A DNA stretch of 64,000 bases, from assembly GCA_951406725.2 (NCBI GenBank), contig OX597832.1, positions 49,290,001 to 49,354,000 of the forward strand. The letters are read 5' to 3'. The stretch comes from Octopus vulgaris (lineage: Eukaryota). This document shows positions 1 through 16,149 of this stretch, piece after piece (the first letter of the stretch is position 1; each line of letters begins with the position of its first letter). The translations under genes were made by a program, and so were the position numbers. The notes under the pieces are model-generated. The model saw nothing but the letters and a program-made list of their open reading frames with translations, was not told the DNA's origin and did not search any database.

Positions 1-729
1 ACATCAGTATTAACAAAGAGAATGGAGTCAGCGACTCATTTTATTACATTTTTATACAATTGTTTCATCGACACTTTACCAGAACATTGTTGGTGGAATA
101 TTATTATATAGTATAAGAAATAATGCATCGAATTGTTATCTAAGCAATACTGGAAAATATCAGCTCATAAGGTTATATTGATTTGGTGAATCGCCCGAAG
201 ATGTTATTATCATTTCATTAGCAAACCATAGCTATGCATATAAGGAGTGTATGAAAAGATTTGATCAGTACCCTGATCAGAAGTCTTGTACCATGTTTTA
301 CTTTTTTTCTGAGGCTCAAGAGTTTTCATACACCTCCTCTTATATCATTTACAATGTATGTAGGTACTTGGAAAAGATAAACATATTAGGGTGTGTATAT
401 ACGTGTGTGAGCACATCTATATATATATATATATATATATATATGTGAGTATGTATCTGCGTCTGTGTAACTATGTGTCAGCTTGTATATGGGTTACTAA
501 TACATAGATTAGTCGAATATAAGCATGGATGCGCTTGTTGAGCACAAAGGCATATGGTGTAGGTGCAGATGATGTTTTTAAAAGAGATAGGAGCATGCAT
601 TTTGTGTTCGTATGTTTGTATATTTATACGTATGTAGTTGAATGTCCCTATATAAGAGTGTGTGTTTGCATGTAAATATATATGCCTATGAATATATACA
701 TATGTGTGTATGAAATTAGTGTGTGCATA

Positions 730-769
730 TGGGTAGATAGATAGACAGATAGTCAAAATAGATAGATAC

Positions 770-860
<91 letters not shown>
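730..860. repeat. (GATA)n microsatellite
   Basis: Long tagatagata run; representative of many such arrays in the window. Confidence 0.95.
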
Positions 861-861
<1 letters not shown>

Positions 862-1085
862 AGTCCCTAATGATCAAATAGATTTTCCACTGACGTGTTC
901 CAGCTTTGTCTCTCTTTATGCCTATTTCTCTCTTCTACCTCTCTCCCTCTTTCTCAGTACATTTATATGTGTCGGTGTAAGTACGTATTATATATAAAGG
1001 CGTACTTGTCTATATGCATATGTATGCCTGTCTGTATGTTTGTTGTTTGTTTGTTTGTTTGTTTGTATGTATGTATGTATGTATG

Positions 1086-1119
<34 letters not shown>

Positions 1120-1133
1120 TGTATCTATCTATC

Positions 1134-1173
<40 letters not shown>

Positions 1174-1178
<5 letters not shown>

Positions 1179-1404
1179 CTTTACTACCCACAAGGGGCTA
1201 AACACAGAGGGGACAAACAAGAACGGACAAAGGGATTAAGTCGATTACATCGACCCCAGTGCATAACTGGTACTTAATTTATCGACTCCGAAAGGATGAA
1301 AGGCAAAGTCGACCTCGGCGGAATTTGAACTCAGAACGTAACGGCAGACGAAATACCGCTAAGCATTTCGCCCGGCGTGCTAACGTTTCTGCCAGCTCGC
1401 TGCC
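1174..1404 (-). mobile_element. tRNA-derived SINE family A, full-length monomer
   Basis: Reverse complement of the recurrent GGCGGCGAGCTGGCAGAAACGTTAGC...GAGTTCAAATTCC (B-box-like)...GCCTTTCATCCTTTCGGGGTCGATAAATTAAGTACCAG...GTAAAGAAATA element, seen more than 10 times in the window. Confidence 0.85.
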
Positions 1405-1412
1405 TTTGTATG

Positions 1413-1504
<92 letters not shown>

Positions 1505-1923
1505 TGTGTGTATGTATGGGTTTGTTCTTGAAAAGAAAAATCTACTAAAGAGGTAGTTTATATTAACCTGCTTGAAATATTAGTTTCGCTTTGGGCAGAC
1601 GAAAATATTGTAGGAGCAACATCGTATGGACTGCATCTGTAAATCAAAGACCCTCTGGTGTCACACGGATTGTCCCTGACAAATACCTTATGAGTAAAAG
1701 TGCCTGAGGGCTAACCAGGTACATTGTACATTTACTCATTGAATCGAACGACTATCGTTGCATCAATGCTTTGAAAACGACATACATACACATAGGTATA
1801 CATACATACATACATACATACATACATACATACATACATACATACATACATACATACATACATACACACATATATACATATATACATACACATATATGTG
1901 TATAAACAGATCAGATAAAGAAA

Positions 1924-2080
1924 AGGCGGCGAGCTGGTAGAATCGTTAGCAAGCCGGGCGAAATGCTGGGCTGTATTTCATCTGCCGTTACGTTCTGGTG
2001 TCGATGTAATCGACTTAATCCGTTTGTCTGTCCTTGTTTGTCCCTTCTGTGTTTAGCCCCTTGTGGGCAATAAAGAAATA
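1924..2080 (+). mobile_element. SINE family A, internally deleted copy
   Basis: Family A head joined directly to its 3' part (gtcgatgtaatcgacttaatcc...aaagaaata). Confidence 0.8.
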
Positions 2081-2206
2081 GATCAGAGAAAGAAAATGCT
2101 ATTCACGATTTGTTTTTTATTCAAATCCTCAACAATCGTTTCAACTTATCGAACGACCAGCATTACGTCAATGCGCAAAAGACGATGTCAGTGTCTATTA
2201 TACATG

Positions 2207-2266
<60 letters not shown>

Positions 2267-2274
2267 CATTTATG

Positions 2275-2327
<53 letters not shown>

Positions 2328-2354
2328 GCCCATATGTATGTTATGTATATATTA

Positions 2355-2385
<31 letters not shown>

Positions 2386-2399
2386 CGCCCATATGTATG

Positions 2400-2438
<39 letters not shown>

Positions 2439-2739
2439 ACATAGATGGCGCAGTTATTAATGAAACAGAGAAGAGTAAAGGCGTAGGGGAAGAGACGTTA
2501 AGAGGTGGGAGAAAGAAAACACTAAAATGAAGACAGTACAAAACGAGAATAATTCGAACACAATTGTGCACTTATTTTAATATAATAGAATTTCTCTCGG
2601 CGCATTAATGTGTGAATGTGGCAGAGCAAATGTGAATGTTATGTCAACGACATCCACCAAAACTGTCGATAATCGGCCGAGAAGAATTGGGACTTTCATT
2701 GTTCTTCTTACTGTTAAAAGCCTTCTTCTTACTGTTTTC

Positions 2740-2790
2740 CTTCTTCTTCTTCTTCTTCTTCTTCTTCTTCTTCTTCTTCTTCTTCTTCTT

Positions 2791-2821
<31 letters not shown>

Positions 2822-2877
2822 ATCTTCTTCTTCTTCTTCTTCTTCTTCTTCTTCTTCTTCTTCTTCTTCTTCTTCTT

Positions 2878-2908
<31 letters not shown>

Positions 2909-3470
2909 ATCTTCTTCTTCTTCTTCTTCTGCCTCCTCTTCTTCTTCCTTTTCTTCTTCTCCTACTCCTTTTTCTCTTTCTACCTTTCCATCTTCTCCCG
3001 CCCCTTCTCTTTTTCCTTCTCCTCCTCCTCTTTCTTCTTCTTCCTTCCCTTCTTTTTCTGTTTCTTTTTCCTCCTCCTTCTTCTCCTTCTTCTCCTTCTT
3101 CAGCCCTTCTCCTCCTCCCCTCCTTCTTTTTCACCTTTTCCTTTTCTTTCCCCTCTCCTCCCCACTTTTCTCTCCCACTCTTTCCCTCCCCCTGTGCCTC
3201 TTCCTCCTCTTTTTTCATCTTTCTCCTCTCCCCGCTGCTGCTCCTACACTTCAACCAACCTCTTCTTCATCCTACTCCTTTTCTTTTTCCTCTTCCTCTT
3301 CCTCCGCCCTCTCCTCCTATTTCTTCTCTTCCTCATCCTTCTCTTCCGCCTCCTATCCTTCCCCTTTACTCCATATTCTTCAACCTCTCCTCCTCATCCT
3401 TCGCACCTTTCCCTTCTCATTCCGCTACTCTCATCCTTATTGTTATTCTTTTATCTCCATCCCACACATC
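2740..3470. repeat. (CTT)n microsatellite grading into a polypyrimidine tract
   Basis: cttcttctt run followed by C/T-rich low-complexity sequence; explains the poly-R, poly-L and poly-F ORFs. Confidence 0.95.
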
Positions 3471-3956
3471 CAGCAGTTATCTTAAATGCCTAATTGCATT
3501 CCCATGTACTAAACACAATTAAATTATATCATTACTTTGCCCTAATGTCTTTCAATCTATTGTCATGTCCCCACATATTTCTCTTCTCCATTTCTTCTAC
3601 ATTCCCCCTTTCTATACACATCTTTCTTCCTCTATCTCTCTTTATCTCTATATCTCTTTCCTCTCAACACGTCTCTCTCCTTTCTCCATCTGTCCTTATC
3701 TTTCCTTCTCAGCTTACTTTCAGCTTCTCTCTCTGCCTATTTCTCCATCTTCCCTCCTTTAATGTTCTCTCCCACGCATTTTCTTTTCTTTTCAGTTCCT
3801 TTTCCTACTCAATTCTTCCCGTCCTCCTCCTTTCTCTCATCATAAATTTACTTTGTAAAATATGTCTGTGTCATTTTGTGTCCGAATAGGAGAGACAGAA
3901 TGAGGGAAAGACACTGTGTGTGTATGCGTGCGTACATCAGTAAGTGCGTTTCTGAC

Positions 3957-4006
<50 letters not shown>

Positions 4007-4069
4007 ATTATTATTTGAGGGAATATATATGTATATATGTATGTATGTATGTATGTATAAAATATATAT

Positions 4070-4462
4070 TCTTTTTCTTGTTTCAGTCATTTGACTGCGG
4101 CCATGCTGGAGCACTACCTTAAAGGGAGTTAGTCGAAGAAATCGGCCCCAGGACTTATTTTTTGTAAGCCTGGTACTTATTTCTATTGCGCATTTTTGCC
4201 GGACTGCTAAGTTACGGTGACGCAAACCCACCATCATCGGTTATCAAGTGATGGTAGGAGGACAAACAAAGACACAAAGACACACAAACATATATATATA
4301 CGACGGGCTTCTTTCAGTTTCCCTCTACCAAATCCACTCAAGACTTTGGTAGGCCCAAGGCTACAGCAGAAGACACTCGCCCAAGTTACCACGCAGTGGG
4401 ACAGAACCCGGAACCATGTGGTTGGGAAGCAAGCTTCTTACCACTCGTCTACGCCTGCGCCT
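4070..4462 (-). mobile_element. tRNA-derived SINE family B
   Basis: Reverse complement of the GGCGCAGGAGTGGCTGTGTGGTAAG...GGTTCAGTCCC...CCTTGGGCAAGT...(TA/TG)n...GACTGAAACAAGTAAAAGAG element that recurs through the window. Confidence 0.85.
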
Positions 4463-4507
4463 ATATTTTTATATATATACAAAATATATATATATGCTAG
4501 CTATGTG

Positions 4508-4607
<100 letters not shown>

Positions 4608-4635
4608 TATGTGATATATATATATGATATATATG

Positions 4636-4686
<51 letters not shown>

Positions 4687-4761
4687 CAGAGTTTCTTGAA
4701 ATCAAATTCTACAGACAAGGCATGAAAAAATAGTCAAAATAATTATAACGCCCGCTGAAAC

Positions 4762-4866
4762 TTAACCCTTTTGATACCAACCCGGCTGAAACCGCCTCCG
4801 TAGTAAAAATGTCTTGTTTTCAACAGTTCTGAACTTTATACCTTCCACCAAACCTTAGTCACAATT
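4762..4866 (+). mobile_element. possible piggyBac-like terminus
   Basis: TTAA followed by CCCTT; no partner end found. Confidence 0.25.
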
Positions 4867-4874
4867 ACCCCACT

Positions 4875-5060
4875 ACCACCATCATTTGACAACCGATGCT
4901 GGTATGTTTACGTCCCAGTAACTTAGCGGTTCGACATAAGAAACCGATATAATAAGTACTAGGCTTACAAAGAATAAATCCTGGGGTCGATTTGCTCGAC
5001 TAAAGGCGGTGCCACAGTCAAATGACCGAAAAAAGAAAAAGAGTAAAAGAGTAAAGAGTA
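4875..5060 (+). mobile_element. SINE family B, 3' half
   Basis: Matches the family B 3' region and its (GAGTAAAA)n tail. Confidence 0.8.
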
Positions 5061-6565
5061 AACGATGAAATCCGAAGAACGAAGAGAAATACATTAAGGC
5101 AAATAAACCATCAGAAGCGCTGCTCATCTGATAATACGAACGATTCTTTCAACAAATTCAGCCATAAATATCCATAGTTGTTTTCCATTACTTTATCTGG
5201 TTTTCAGAGGAGATACAAGGGGTTTATTAAAAGTCTTGAGCCTCAAAAGAACAAAACACGATACAAGACTTCTGATGAAAGTACAAGACTTCAAGGCTCA
5301 AAAATATTCATACACAACTCGTAATTCAAATGAAATATTTAAATCAGCGATGTAAATAATATATAAATTAGAACCACCATTTTCAACCACCATTTTCAAA
5401 ATTTCGATAATGACTGATTAATCAAACATAGATAACTGTAATCCCTCGGGCCTAATTAAATACATTCATAACAATAGAGCTTGGGGAAATACAAATCAAA
5501 TATTTATCATAAACTTTCAGTAACTTCAGCCTGCACTTTTAAATTTAGGGGGAAGCAGCGGGTTGGAACATTTACAGAAGCAATGTTTAAAACCATCGCT
5601 ATCTTCATTTGTAATCTCGCTTTGTAATCTTGATATCGGCTTTTTTTTAATACCACATTTCATTTAATACATTACTCAAATATCAATAAAAGCCAAAATG
5701 AGGTAATTATTCTATCGCTAACATCATCTCCTTATCATTAAAAATAACCACATCGAGTGCATCAATTTGATTCGCTGCATCTTTTGCAGCCATTAACCAG
5801 CTACTCACTAATATTTTGATATTTTCTTCGCTAAACATTTCAGTGATAATTTTCTTGTCGAATTTGTAATTTTTCTGCATTTACTAAATAATTACAGAAT
5901 TTAATTAACATTAGTTTTAATTAACAAAGTAACGAAAGCATCACTCTGAGTAACGTAAAAGCCATAGAAATATATAGAAATATACAAACTAAATGTCTAA
6001 AATAAAATGTAACCGTTAACTTATACAGTTACACTTGATATGCAAATTAATATTCACTTGCCATTCAACAACTCAATACTTAGAGATACGAAGTCAAACC
6101 GCAGATATCCGAGCAATAATTATTCGAGTATCGTATTATCCAAACGAGATATCAAGGCATCGTAATTATGTTTAGTGAGGCTTCTTTTCTTTATGAGCTG
6201 ATCAATATCCAAAACAATTAGTTATCGGAACAGAATCTTCTTCACCGCCCGTCTTGTTCAGATAACCGAGCTCAGCAAACAATTAACATGAATACCGTCC
6301 TTCTCTCTCCCTATCTATCTGTCTCTAACTTTCCCTCTCATTCGGTCTTTTGATATTGCTTCACTTAACGCGCAAAAGCATTATCTGGACAACGTATCAT
6401 GGGCATAGAATGGCACATCTGATTTTTAAAAAAAACGTGCATATGGGTACAGGCATAGCTACGTGGTTAAGATGCTTGCTTTGTAACCACCTGGTTTTAT
6501 GTTCAATTTCACTGTGAGGCACCTTGCACAAGTATCTTTGAACCCAAGCTAAAGAATATGTGTGG

Positions 6566-6669
<104 letters not shown>

Positions 6670-7037
6670 ATATATAAATAATTTATAAAATAATGGCAAA
6701 AGAAAAATTCTAATGACAAATATGCCGAAAATAACAAAATTGTCAATAACCATTATAATTTATGCGTCTCGAAATAAGCCGATAGAAATTTCTAAAAAAT
6801 TCCGTTATTACCGCATTGGTCCCTATTTCACAGTTAATTCATAAGAATTTTCTTCTCCTCAGCGATAAATACGTAAGACATAAATGAAATACTTACTCAT
6901 ATCCATGGAAAAAGCAAGCACTAAGTCCTGAGCAGACCTAAGTACCCTAATATATCCAAGTGTGTGTGTATGTGCGTGTGTGTGTGTGCGTGTGTGTGTG
7001 CGCGCGTATGTGTGTGTGTGTGCGCGCGTATGTGTGT

Positions 7038-7104
<67 letters not shown>

Positions 7105-7393
7105 GTTAAAACCTATAGTGCCTATGAAGAAGGAGCAATTGATGACCTTTGTCTACTGTTCTTAAGTCTCGACTGTCTTTTCTGCTCCTCTCCTAGTGGT
7201 TCCCTGTTTTTTTTTCCCCGTTCGGAAATATTTGAAGTGTACTGCATGATGATACATGTTCAAATGTATTATTGCTATAATCTGTAATGTTGCGATAATA
7301 ATTTCACAGTACATTCTTCGCTATTGGCTGAAGAAAAGATGGGTATGCCACCATTGCCAATTATAATAGCAACAGAGATCGGTGACTTTATAT

Positions 7394-7597
7394 TGAATTC
7401 CTTTCAAAACCATTAAAATTACGTTGGAAATTCCTTTCAAAACCATTAAAATAACGTTGGAAATTCCTTTCAAAACCATTAAAATTACATTGGAAATTCC
7501 TTTCAAAACCATTAAAATTACGCTGGAAATTCCTTTCAAAGCCATTAAAATTACGTTGGAAATTCCTTTCAAAACCATTAAAATTACGTTGGAAATA
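7394..7597. repeat. 33-bp minisatellite, about 6 copies
   Basis: Unit TTGGAAATTCCTTTCAAAACCATTAAAATTACG repeated head-to-tail. Confidence 0.9.
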
Positions 7598-7779
7598 ACG
7601 CTCGCAATTGCACCAATTCTACGATTTTGGAATCCTTTAATGTTATTAATCTGTAAATCCCTTTCGGATACGTCTGAAGATTTTATCTTCGTTTAGAAAA
7701 TCTAATTAACTTGGCACAGGCTCAATCCTTCTCCAATCTATATTTCGCCCCGGACACAGTTTTCTTTTTATCTTTTATT

Positions 7780-8253
7780 TTTTCCTCGGTTCAGTTTCAG
7801 TCATTGGGCTCCGTCCATGCTGGGGCACCACCTTGAAAGATTTCATCGAACAAATACAGTATTTATTTTAAAGCTTGGCACGTATTCCGCCGTGTTGTTT
7901 TGCCAGAACGCTAAGTTACAGAGATGTAAACAAGCCAACACCGGTTGAAAAACGGTGTTGGGAGACAAACGTAGACACAAAGACACATACAGATACATAT
8001 ACGAAGGAGTGCTGAAAAGTTCAGGGTTTTGGATAAGAGAAAATACAGAGGATCAGTTAATTATGATTTTATTCAACATATTTTTCTCTCAGATTCACAC
8101 ACTCATTGCAGTGGTCCTTCAGTTTTTTAAGCCCCGTAAAGAACTCGGAAGGTTGGGCCACAATACAGGCCTTTCGCGACATCCAGGAACTTTTCAGCAC
8201 CCACCTTGTATACATACCCACACATATAGATACATATATACTTACAGAAGCAC

Positions 8254-8306
<53 letters not shown>

Positions 8307-8390
8307 TGTGTGTATGTGTTGATGTATGTATATGTATATACGAAGGCCTTCTGCACATTTTTCCTTTTACCAAATTCACTTACAAGGCAT
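7780..8390 (-). mobile_element. diverged SINE family B copy interrupted by a MITE
   Basis: Family B similarity on both sides of 8002-8208. Confidence 0.65.
8002..8208. mobile_element. Tc1/mariner-type MITE
   Basis: Imperfect TIRs CGAAGGAGTGCTGAAAAGTTC / GAACTTTTCAGCACCCACCTTG with TA on both sides. Confidence 0.75.
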
Positions 8391-8415
8391 TCGCCGTTTC
8401 GAGATTGCATAAGAA

Positions 8416-9013
8416 AGCGGCGAGCTGGCAGAAACGTTAGCGCGCCGGGCGAAATGCTTAGCGGTGTTTCGTCTGCCGTTACGTTCTGAGTTCAAATTCC
8501 GCCCAGAAAGACTTTGCCTTTCCACCTTTCGGGGTCGATAAAAAAAGTACCAGTTTCGCACTGGGTCGATGTAATCGACTTAATCCGTTTGTCTGTCCTT
8601 GTTTGTCCCGTCTGTGTTTAGCCCCTTGTGGGTAGTAAAAAAATAGGTATTTCGTCTGCGTTACGTTCTGAGTTCAAATTCCGCTGAGGTAGACTTTGCC
8701 TTTCATCCTTTCGGGGTCGATAAATAAAGTACCAGTTTCGCACTGGAGTCGATGTAATAGACTTAATCTGTTTGTCTGTCCTTGTTTGTCCCATCTGTGT
8801 TTAGCCCCTTGTGGGTAGTAAAAAAAATAGGTATTTCGTCTGTCGTTACGTTCTGAGTTCAAATTCCGCCAAGGTAGACTTTGCCTTTCATCCTTTCGGG
8901 GTCGATAAATAAAGTACCAGTTTCGCACTGGGGTCGATGTAAACGACTTAATCCGTTTGTCTGTCCTTGTTTGTCCCCTCTGTGTGTAGCCCCTTGTGGG
9001 TAGTAAAGAAATA
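8416..9013 (+). mobile_element. SINE family A array: one head plus three bodies of about 184 bp
   Basis: Bodies restart at GGTATTTCGTCTG at 8646 and 8830, each directly after the ...AAATA tail. Confidence 0.88.
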
Positions 9014-9901
9014 TATATTAAAAAGCATTTACCAAATTGCCGCCCAGTGGGCCTGAACCTGAAACTACGTAATTGCAAAGCGGGCTTCTAAACCACAAGG
9101 CCATAACCATTATCTTGTAGAATAGCCTCGCTCTGATAACTGTAGTTGGCATCCATCTCCGATGTAAAAGAATAAAGAAACATAAAAATAAAAGCGAACG
9201 GTTACCGTATTCGATCATCACCGCATTCTAAAAGTAAGGTGATGGCCTCTCAACAAAAAATACACGTCTCTGGTTGTATGAAAATCTATGATTTATTACT
9301 TATATGTCAAGGATTATATTTTACCCAGCATTTAATGATTCGAGTATTTACAAACTACTCAGGATGCATATAGGCCAAAGTCGTGTCTAATATGATATTT
9401 CGTGAGTAAAAAAAGTAAAATATTATTAGATCTTGGAATTACATTAGCCAACGTCAATATAATCATGTTTATATGATATCCCTGATGTCAGTATCTCTAG
9501 AATTTAGACTATATATAGAATGTACGGTGCTACTTACGTCGTATGCTTCTACACATATATTGGAAATTTTCATTATATTAGAGAATCTTCGAAATGACAC
9601 TTTTATTGTAATTAGTTTGTGCTTTTTCTTTTTGGTTTTTTTTTGGGTTTTTTTTCAGTCAGATATCAGATCGGAAAATGAGGAAGAATATTGCATTCAT
9701 ACATGTAAAAAAAAATATGGGAAACAAATAGATACAGAAGAGCGGCTTGGAATTACATACATGTACATACACACATATATAGATACATATGTATGCATAT
9801 GTGTAGCTATATTTTTACACACAAATTTACATATTATATATGTATGTATATATATACAGATGTATGCGTGTTTGCATGTATATATGTAGAGAATATATGC
9901 A

Positions 9902-9947
<46 letters not shown>

Positions 9948-9952
9948 ATACA

Positions 9953-10119
<167 letters not shown>

Positions 10120-10155
10120 ATATATATATGTGACGAACTGGATCTCTTCTTGTCA

Positions 10156-10209
10156 GGGGTTCCAGATGAACCTATCTCTCGGCAGGAAACACAGCGGCGT
10201 CGAACTCCC
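10156..10209 (+). ncRNA. degenerate type I hammerhead ribozyme
   Basis: Stem I GGGGTTC/GAACTCC; core CAGATGA (U4 to A); short imperfect stem II; GAAAC...GT-C (GUC site). Confidence 0.5.
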
Positions 10210-11055
10210 TAGTTGACCAAGTGCCACGTATCAGAGGTGGCTTCACATAATAGTGTAGACATTTCAACGGTGATGCCCCAGCATGGCCGGAGCTTTCGGG
10301 CTAAAACTTTTTTAAGGATTCAAGGAGATATATATATATATATATATATATATTTGTATATGTATAAAATATATATAGACACACACACACACAAACAGTT
10401 GTTACAAACACATACCACACATATATGTACATATCAGATGTTATTGTATATTGGTATACGAATATATGCTTATGTGAGTTTGTGTGTGTTTGTGTGTGTG
10501 TCTGTGTGTTTGTGTGTGTGTGTGTGTGTCTTTATTCCTATTTTCATATATAAATTCATTTTACATACACTCCAAAATATTGGCATGTTATAAATTCATA
10601 CACATCCGTATTGATATTCAATGATATTTATGCACATATAGGTAAGAAAAAAACAGTAAAAACCCACACATCCACATACACACACACACACACACATACA
10701 CACACACACTCACACTGAACGGCAATCATGAATGCACGAAATTTATGTGTGTACATACACGCATCCTCATATGCATACTTCCATACAGACGTGAATATAT
10801 ACATACACACATACGTATATAGATATCCCATCGATGTTGTCTAATTTCCAATGATAGATCCTTGTTTCTGGTCTAGAATGTATACAAGATAGCAGTAAAG
10901 AATATAGATATCAACAAAGTAGATATAAATATCGGAAAATAATATCAGCGAATTCATGTTAATGAGATGTCAGAAACGATAATATTTCAGGTCGTATTTC
11001 ATTGATACTGGTTAATGGGAAATATTCATGCATATATATATGTGTGTATATATAT

Positions 11056-11188
<133 letters not shown>

Positions 11189-11220
11189 CATATGTACATA
11201 TATATATATACATATATGAA

Positions 11221-11286
<66 letters not shown>

Positions 11287-11338
11287 GCATATTATATATA
11301 TATATATATACACATATATTATATATATATATATATAT

Positions 11339-11380
<42 letters not shown>

Positions 11381-11603
11381 TGATGATATCGATGGTGGTG
11401 TTCGTGAAACTAGGTGAGAGAAGAGGAAGAAAATGGGAGATAAGGTAGAGAGGAGAGAGGAAAGAAGTAAGGTTAACAGTAATAGTTAGAATTAGTGTCA
11501 TACTAAGTAATTGATCTGTTAACCTTCAGAATAATATCTGTGATTTTTTTAATATAAATGCATAGAAACACATACATATACATGTATGTATATATATATA
11601 TAT

Positions 11604-12960
<1,357 letters not shown>

Positions 12961-13351
12961 GCTAACTTGAAAATGTCGGCATTTTGCAGTGATGGAGCAT
13001 TGTAAAAATATATACATACATACGTACGTGCGTACAGACATAGAGAAACTGTCCTAGGATAAATATAGAAAACCCTGCCGTAATGGATTCAAATATGAGG
13101 AATATTCGTAGAATATCCCCCTTCGAAACGTCTACAAAGTACCAACATAGCAGGCCGGCAATCAGTGTTTGGGACAAACAAGAAAACGTATGTATCGTCA
13201 TAGAGGGCAGCTGCCCTGCTGGTGTAAATGTATCTTCGAAAATCAGACAATAACTGGGGACAACTGCTTTAAAGCCTCCGTCTTCTATACTCAGGTTATA
13301 AATTCACACTTGTGCCTATAATACTTATTTCACTAGATTGTTGTGAATTAA

Positions 13352-13785
13352 TAGGCGCAGGAGTGGTTCTGTGGTAAGTAGCATGCTTACCAACCATATG
13401 GTTCAGGGTTCAGTCCAACTGCGTGACACCTTGGGCAAGTATCTTCTACAATAGCCTCGGGCCGACCAAAGCCTTGTGAGTGGATTTGGTAGACGGAAAC
13501 TGAAAAAAGCCTGTCGTATATATGTGTATAGATATGTATGTGTGTCTACATATTTGTGTGTCTGTGTTTGCCCGCCCCCCCCCCACCCGCCCAACATCGC
13601 TTGACGACTGATGCTGCTGTGTTTACGTCCCCGTAACATAGCGGTTCGGCAAAAGAGACCGATAGAATAAGTATTAGGCTTACAAAAGAATAAGTCCCGG
13701 GGTCGACTAAAGGCTCGACTAAAGGCGGTGCTCCAACATGGCCCCAGAAAAAATGACCGAAACAAGTAAAAGAGTAAAAGAGTAA
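13352..13785 (+). mobile_element. SINE family B, full length
   Basis: tRNA-like head, CCTTGGGCAAGT, internal TG repeat, AAGTAAAAGAGTAAAAGAGTA tail. Confidence 0.88.
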
Positions 13786-14015
13786 TGCCTGACTGACAAT
13801 CTGGATAAGCTAGGGTTTTCAGGAAAAAAAAACCAATCAATTTGTTAGCTGAACAGTGAAGACATACAAGACTTTTCTTAATTTCAACATGTGACACTGT
13901 TTTTGTTATCGACGTTCTTATAAAGGAGTTTTGCGCCTTTGTTAAAAACCATCTCTTTCCTAACAGGAAGAATTCAAATAATTAAAAACAGAAGGTAACA
14001 TACATATATGCATAC

Positions 14016-14060
<45 letters not shown>

Positions 14061-14065
<5 letters not shown>

Positions 14066-14475
14066 TCAATATTGCCACCCTATATTGATTAATTATGAAT
14101 TTTCTGGTTGATTCCGTAATGGAATCGGCGGCTTATATTTATTTGCTGCCGATAAATTTGGCGCGAGTGCGATGATTTGAAAATTTTAGGTCAGATATTG
14201 CCGAGGCAGGGACAGAAATGCCTCGTGAAAATATCTGTTCCGATCTGGCTATTTCTTACTGACGAATCTAAGGGCCTATGGAAGATTGGCTTGATTTAAT
14301 TTAATCAGGTTAGTTTACCATTAAACAGTAGATGAAACGGTGCATCGTATAAGAAATTACAGGGTAAATGTTTTTTTAATTTTCTCCTGGTTTGCGGAAT
14401 TAATGTTATTTTGCGGTTGAAGCTTTGGCTGTTATTTCTAGTGGGTGAATGGCCTATTATGGCCGTTCCTTGATT

Positions 14476-14478
<3 letters not shown>
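14061..14478 (+). mobile_element. (TA)n-flanked insert carrying a hammerhead ribozyme; probable Penelope-like element terminal repeat
   Basis: Unique sequence bounded by TA arrays on both sides and containing the HHR at 14251-14357. The PLE assignment is inferred from the known PLE-HHR association. Confidence 0.55.
14251..14357 (+). ncRNA. canonical type I hammerhead ribozyme
   Basis: Stem I ATTTCTTA (14251-58) / TAAGAAAT (14350-57); core CTGACGA (14259-65); stem II ATCTA/TAGAT; GAA (14334-36); stem III ACGG-TGCA-TCGT; predicted cleavage after GUA at 14349. Confidence 0.85.
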
Positions 14479-14519
<41 letters not shown>

Positions 14520-14542
14520 TACATATCTACATATATATATAC

Positions 14543-14610
<68 letters not shown>

Positions 14611-15564
14611 GCACACCACAAGATTAATCTGTTGATGTCTAAATTGAAAGAACTTTCTCTCCATTGGAGAGAAAATTCGAATAATAAAACCGGAAAAGCA
14701 TATATAACATGAATATCTAGTTAATGTCGTCTGAATTCTAATAAAAGACCATTGTTTCTGCATCGGTTCTTGGTTTGGTCTTTTGTGATAAATATGAACA
14801 ATAAACCCAGTAGAAAATACATGTAAAATTTCTAGGAGGAATCTAAACAACACTCAACTGACGACATGTATAAATATTTCTATTGTTATTTTCGACAAAC
14901 ATCTATGAACGATGTTTTGTCACTGACTGAATCTATTGAAAATGAAGCATAAAATGAAACTGTTAAGATAAAAGGCTTGAAAACAAAATTTCCTCTAAAC
15001 TCTCTATCGTTTTCCATCTTTTTGATATTTTCTAAACTGTGATAATCAATTCTACTGCGATGATCATAATATTTAGATGAAAGCAGAATTTTGTTAAAGA
15101 TCTCTTTCGAATGTTAAAAATAACAGTAAATAAACATCGAACCTCGATCGATACCGAACATTCTAAAACCGTTCCCAGAAAAACTCTATTATGCATAAAC
15201 GCATAAACAAATTATTTTGGTAATTTACAAATTTATCGAATTTGAATATTTAAATAAAGTTAAAAGTAAAACTGAAAAACAAATGAGGTATCATACAAAA
15301 AAATGATATGAAATAAAAACTTGTTACCAAATCATAAGGGAATTTTTATTGTTTGACAATAAAAGGTGAAATTGAACTGATAAAAATATGTAATAAATTC
15401 TCATTCACTACACTTGTGTCCGTGCATTAATGTGTGAGATATATGAATGTATCAATGTATACATATTTTTCTTTCCCGGTTTCAGCTCAAGGACTCTGGC
15501 CATGTTGAGGCACCGATTTGTGTGTGTATGTATACCTATCTATAAAGCTAGATAAATAGATAGG

Positions 15565-15634
<70 letters not shown>

Positions 15635-16074
15635 CATGCATACATATACACACACACACACACACATGTATATATACATATATACATACATATATATATA
15701 TATATAATAACAAAATAATAAATAAAACATATGCATATATACATACATATATGTACGTACCTACATCTATATGTATATATACATGCATATATGGGTACAG
15801 GACACCAAAAAAACGTCGAACACAATGAGAAACGAAAACATAAAAACAAAACCAAGGAAACGGACATTTTTTTAAACAATGAAAAAACAGAGTACAAGAC
15901 ATACAACACAAGGAAAATTCCCCTTCTTCAGCTGCCTCTGTTTCGTCTACTCCGTGTTTCGAAGGTAAAGGTGAGACACGACTTCTTGAAACAGTCCTTA
16001 CCGCAGAGCAAATTAAATAAAATCCGAGATTTTTTGCGGAGGGGTAAAAGTGGTAGCAAAAACAGGACAGTAAA

Positions 16075-16144
<70 letters not shown>

Positions 16145-16149
16145 CGTTA

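Noticed and set aside
48-228. GAAACAATTGTA on the minus strand (palindromic helix III-like); similar GAAACATGTA at about 43215 and GAAAGCTC at about 44188
   Set aside because: No intact CUGANGA with a closing stem II nearby; at best heavily decayed relics.
2577-3522. Poly-Arg (protamine-like) and poly-Leu/Phe ORFs
   Set aside because: Products of (CTT)n and a pyrimidine tract that are open in several frames at once.
7394-7597. 33-bp repeats as a CRISPR array or repeat protein
   Set aside because: Units are contiguous with no unique spacers and the context is eukaryotic; it is a minisatellite.
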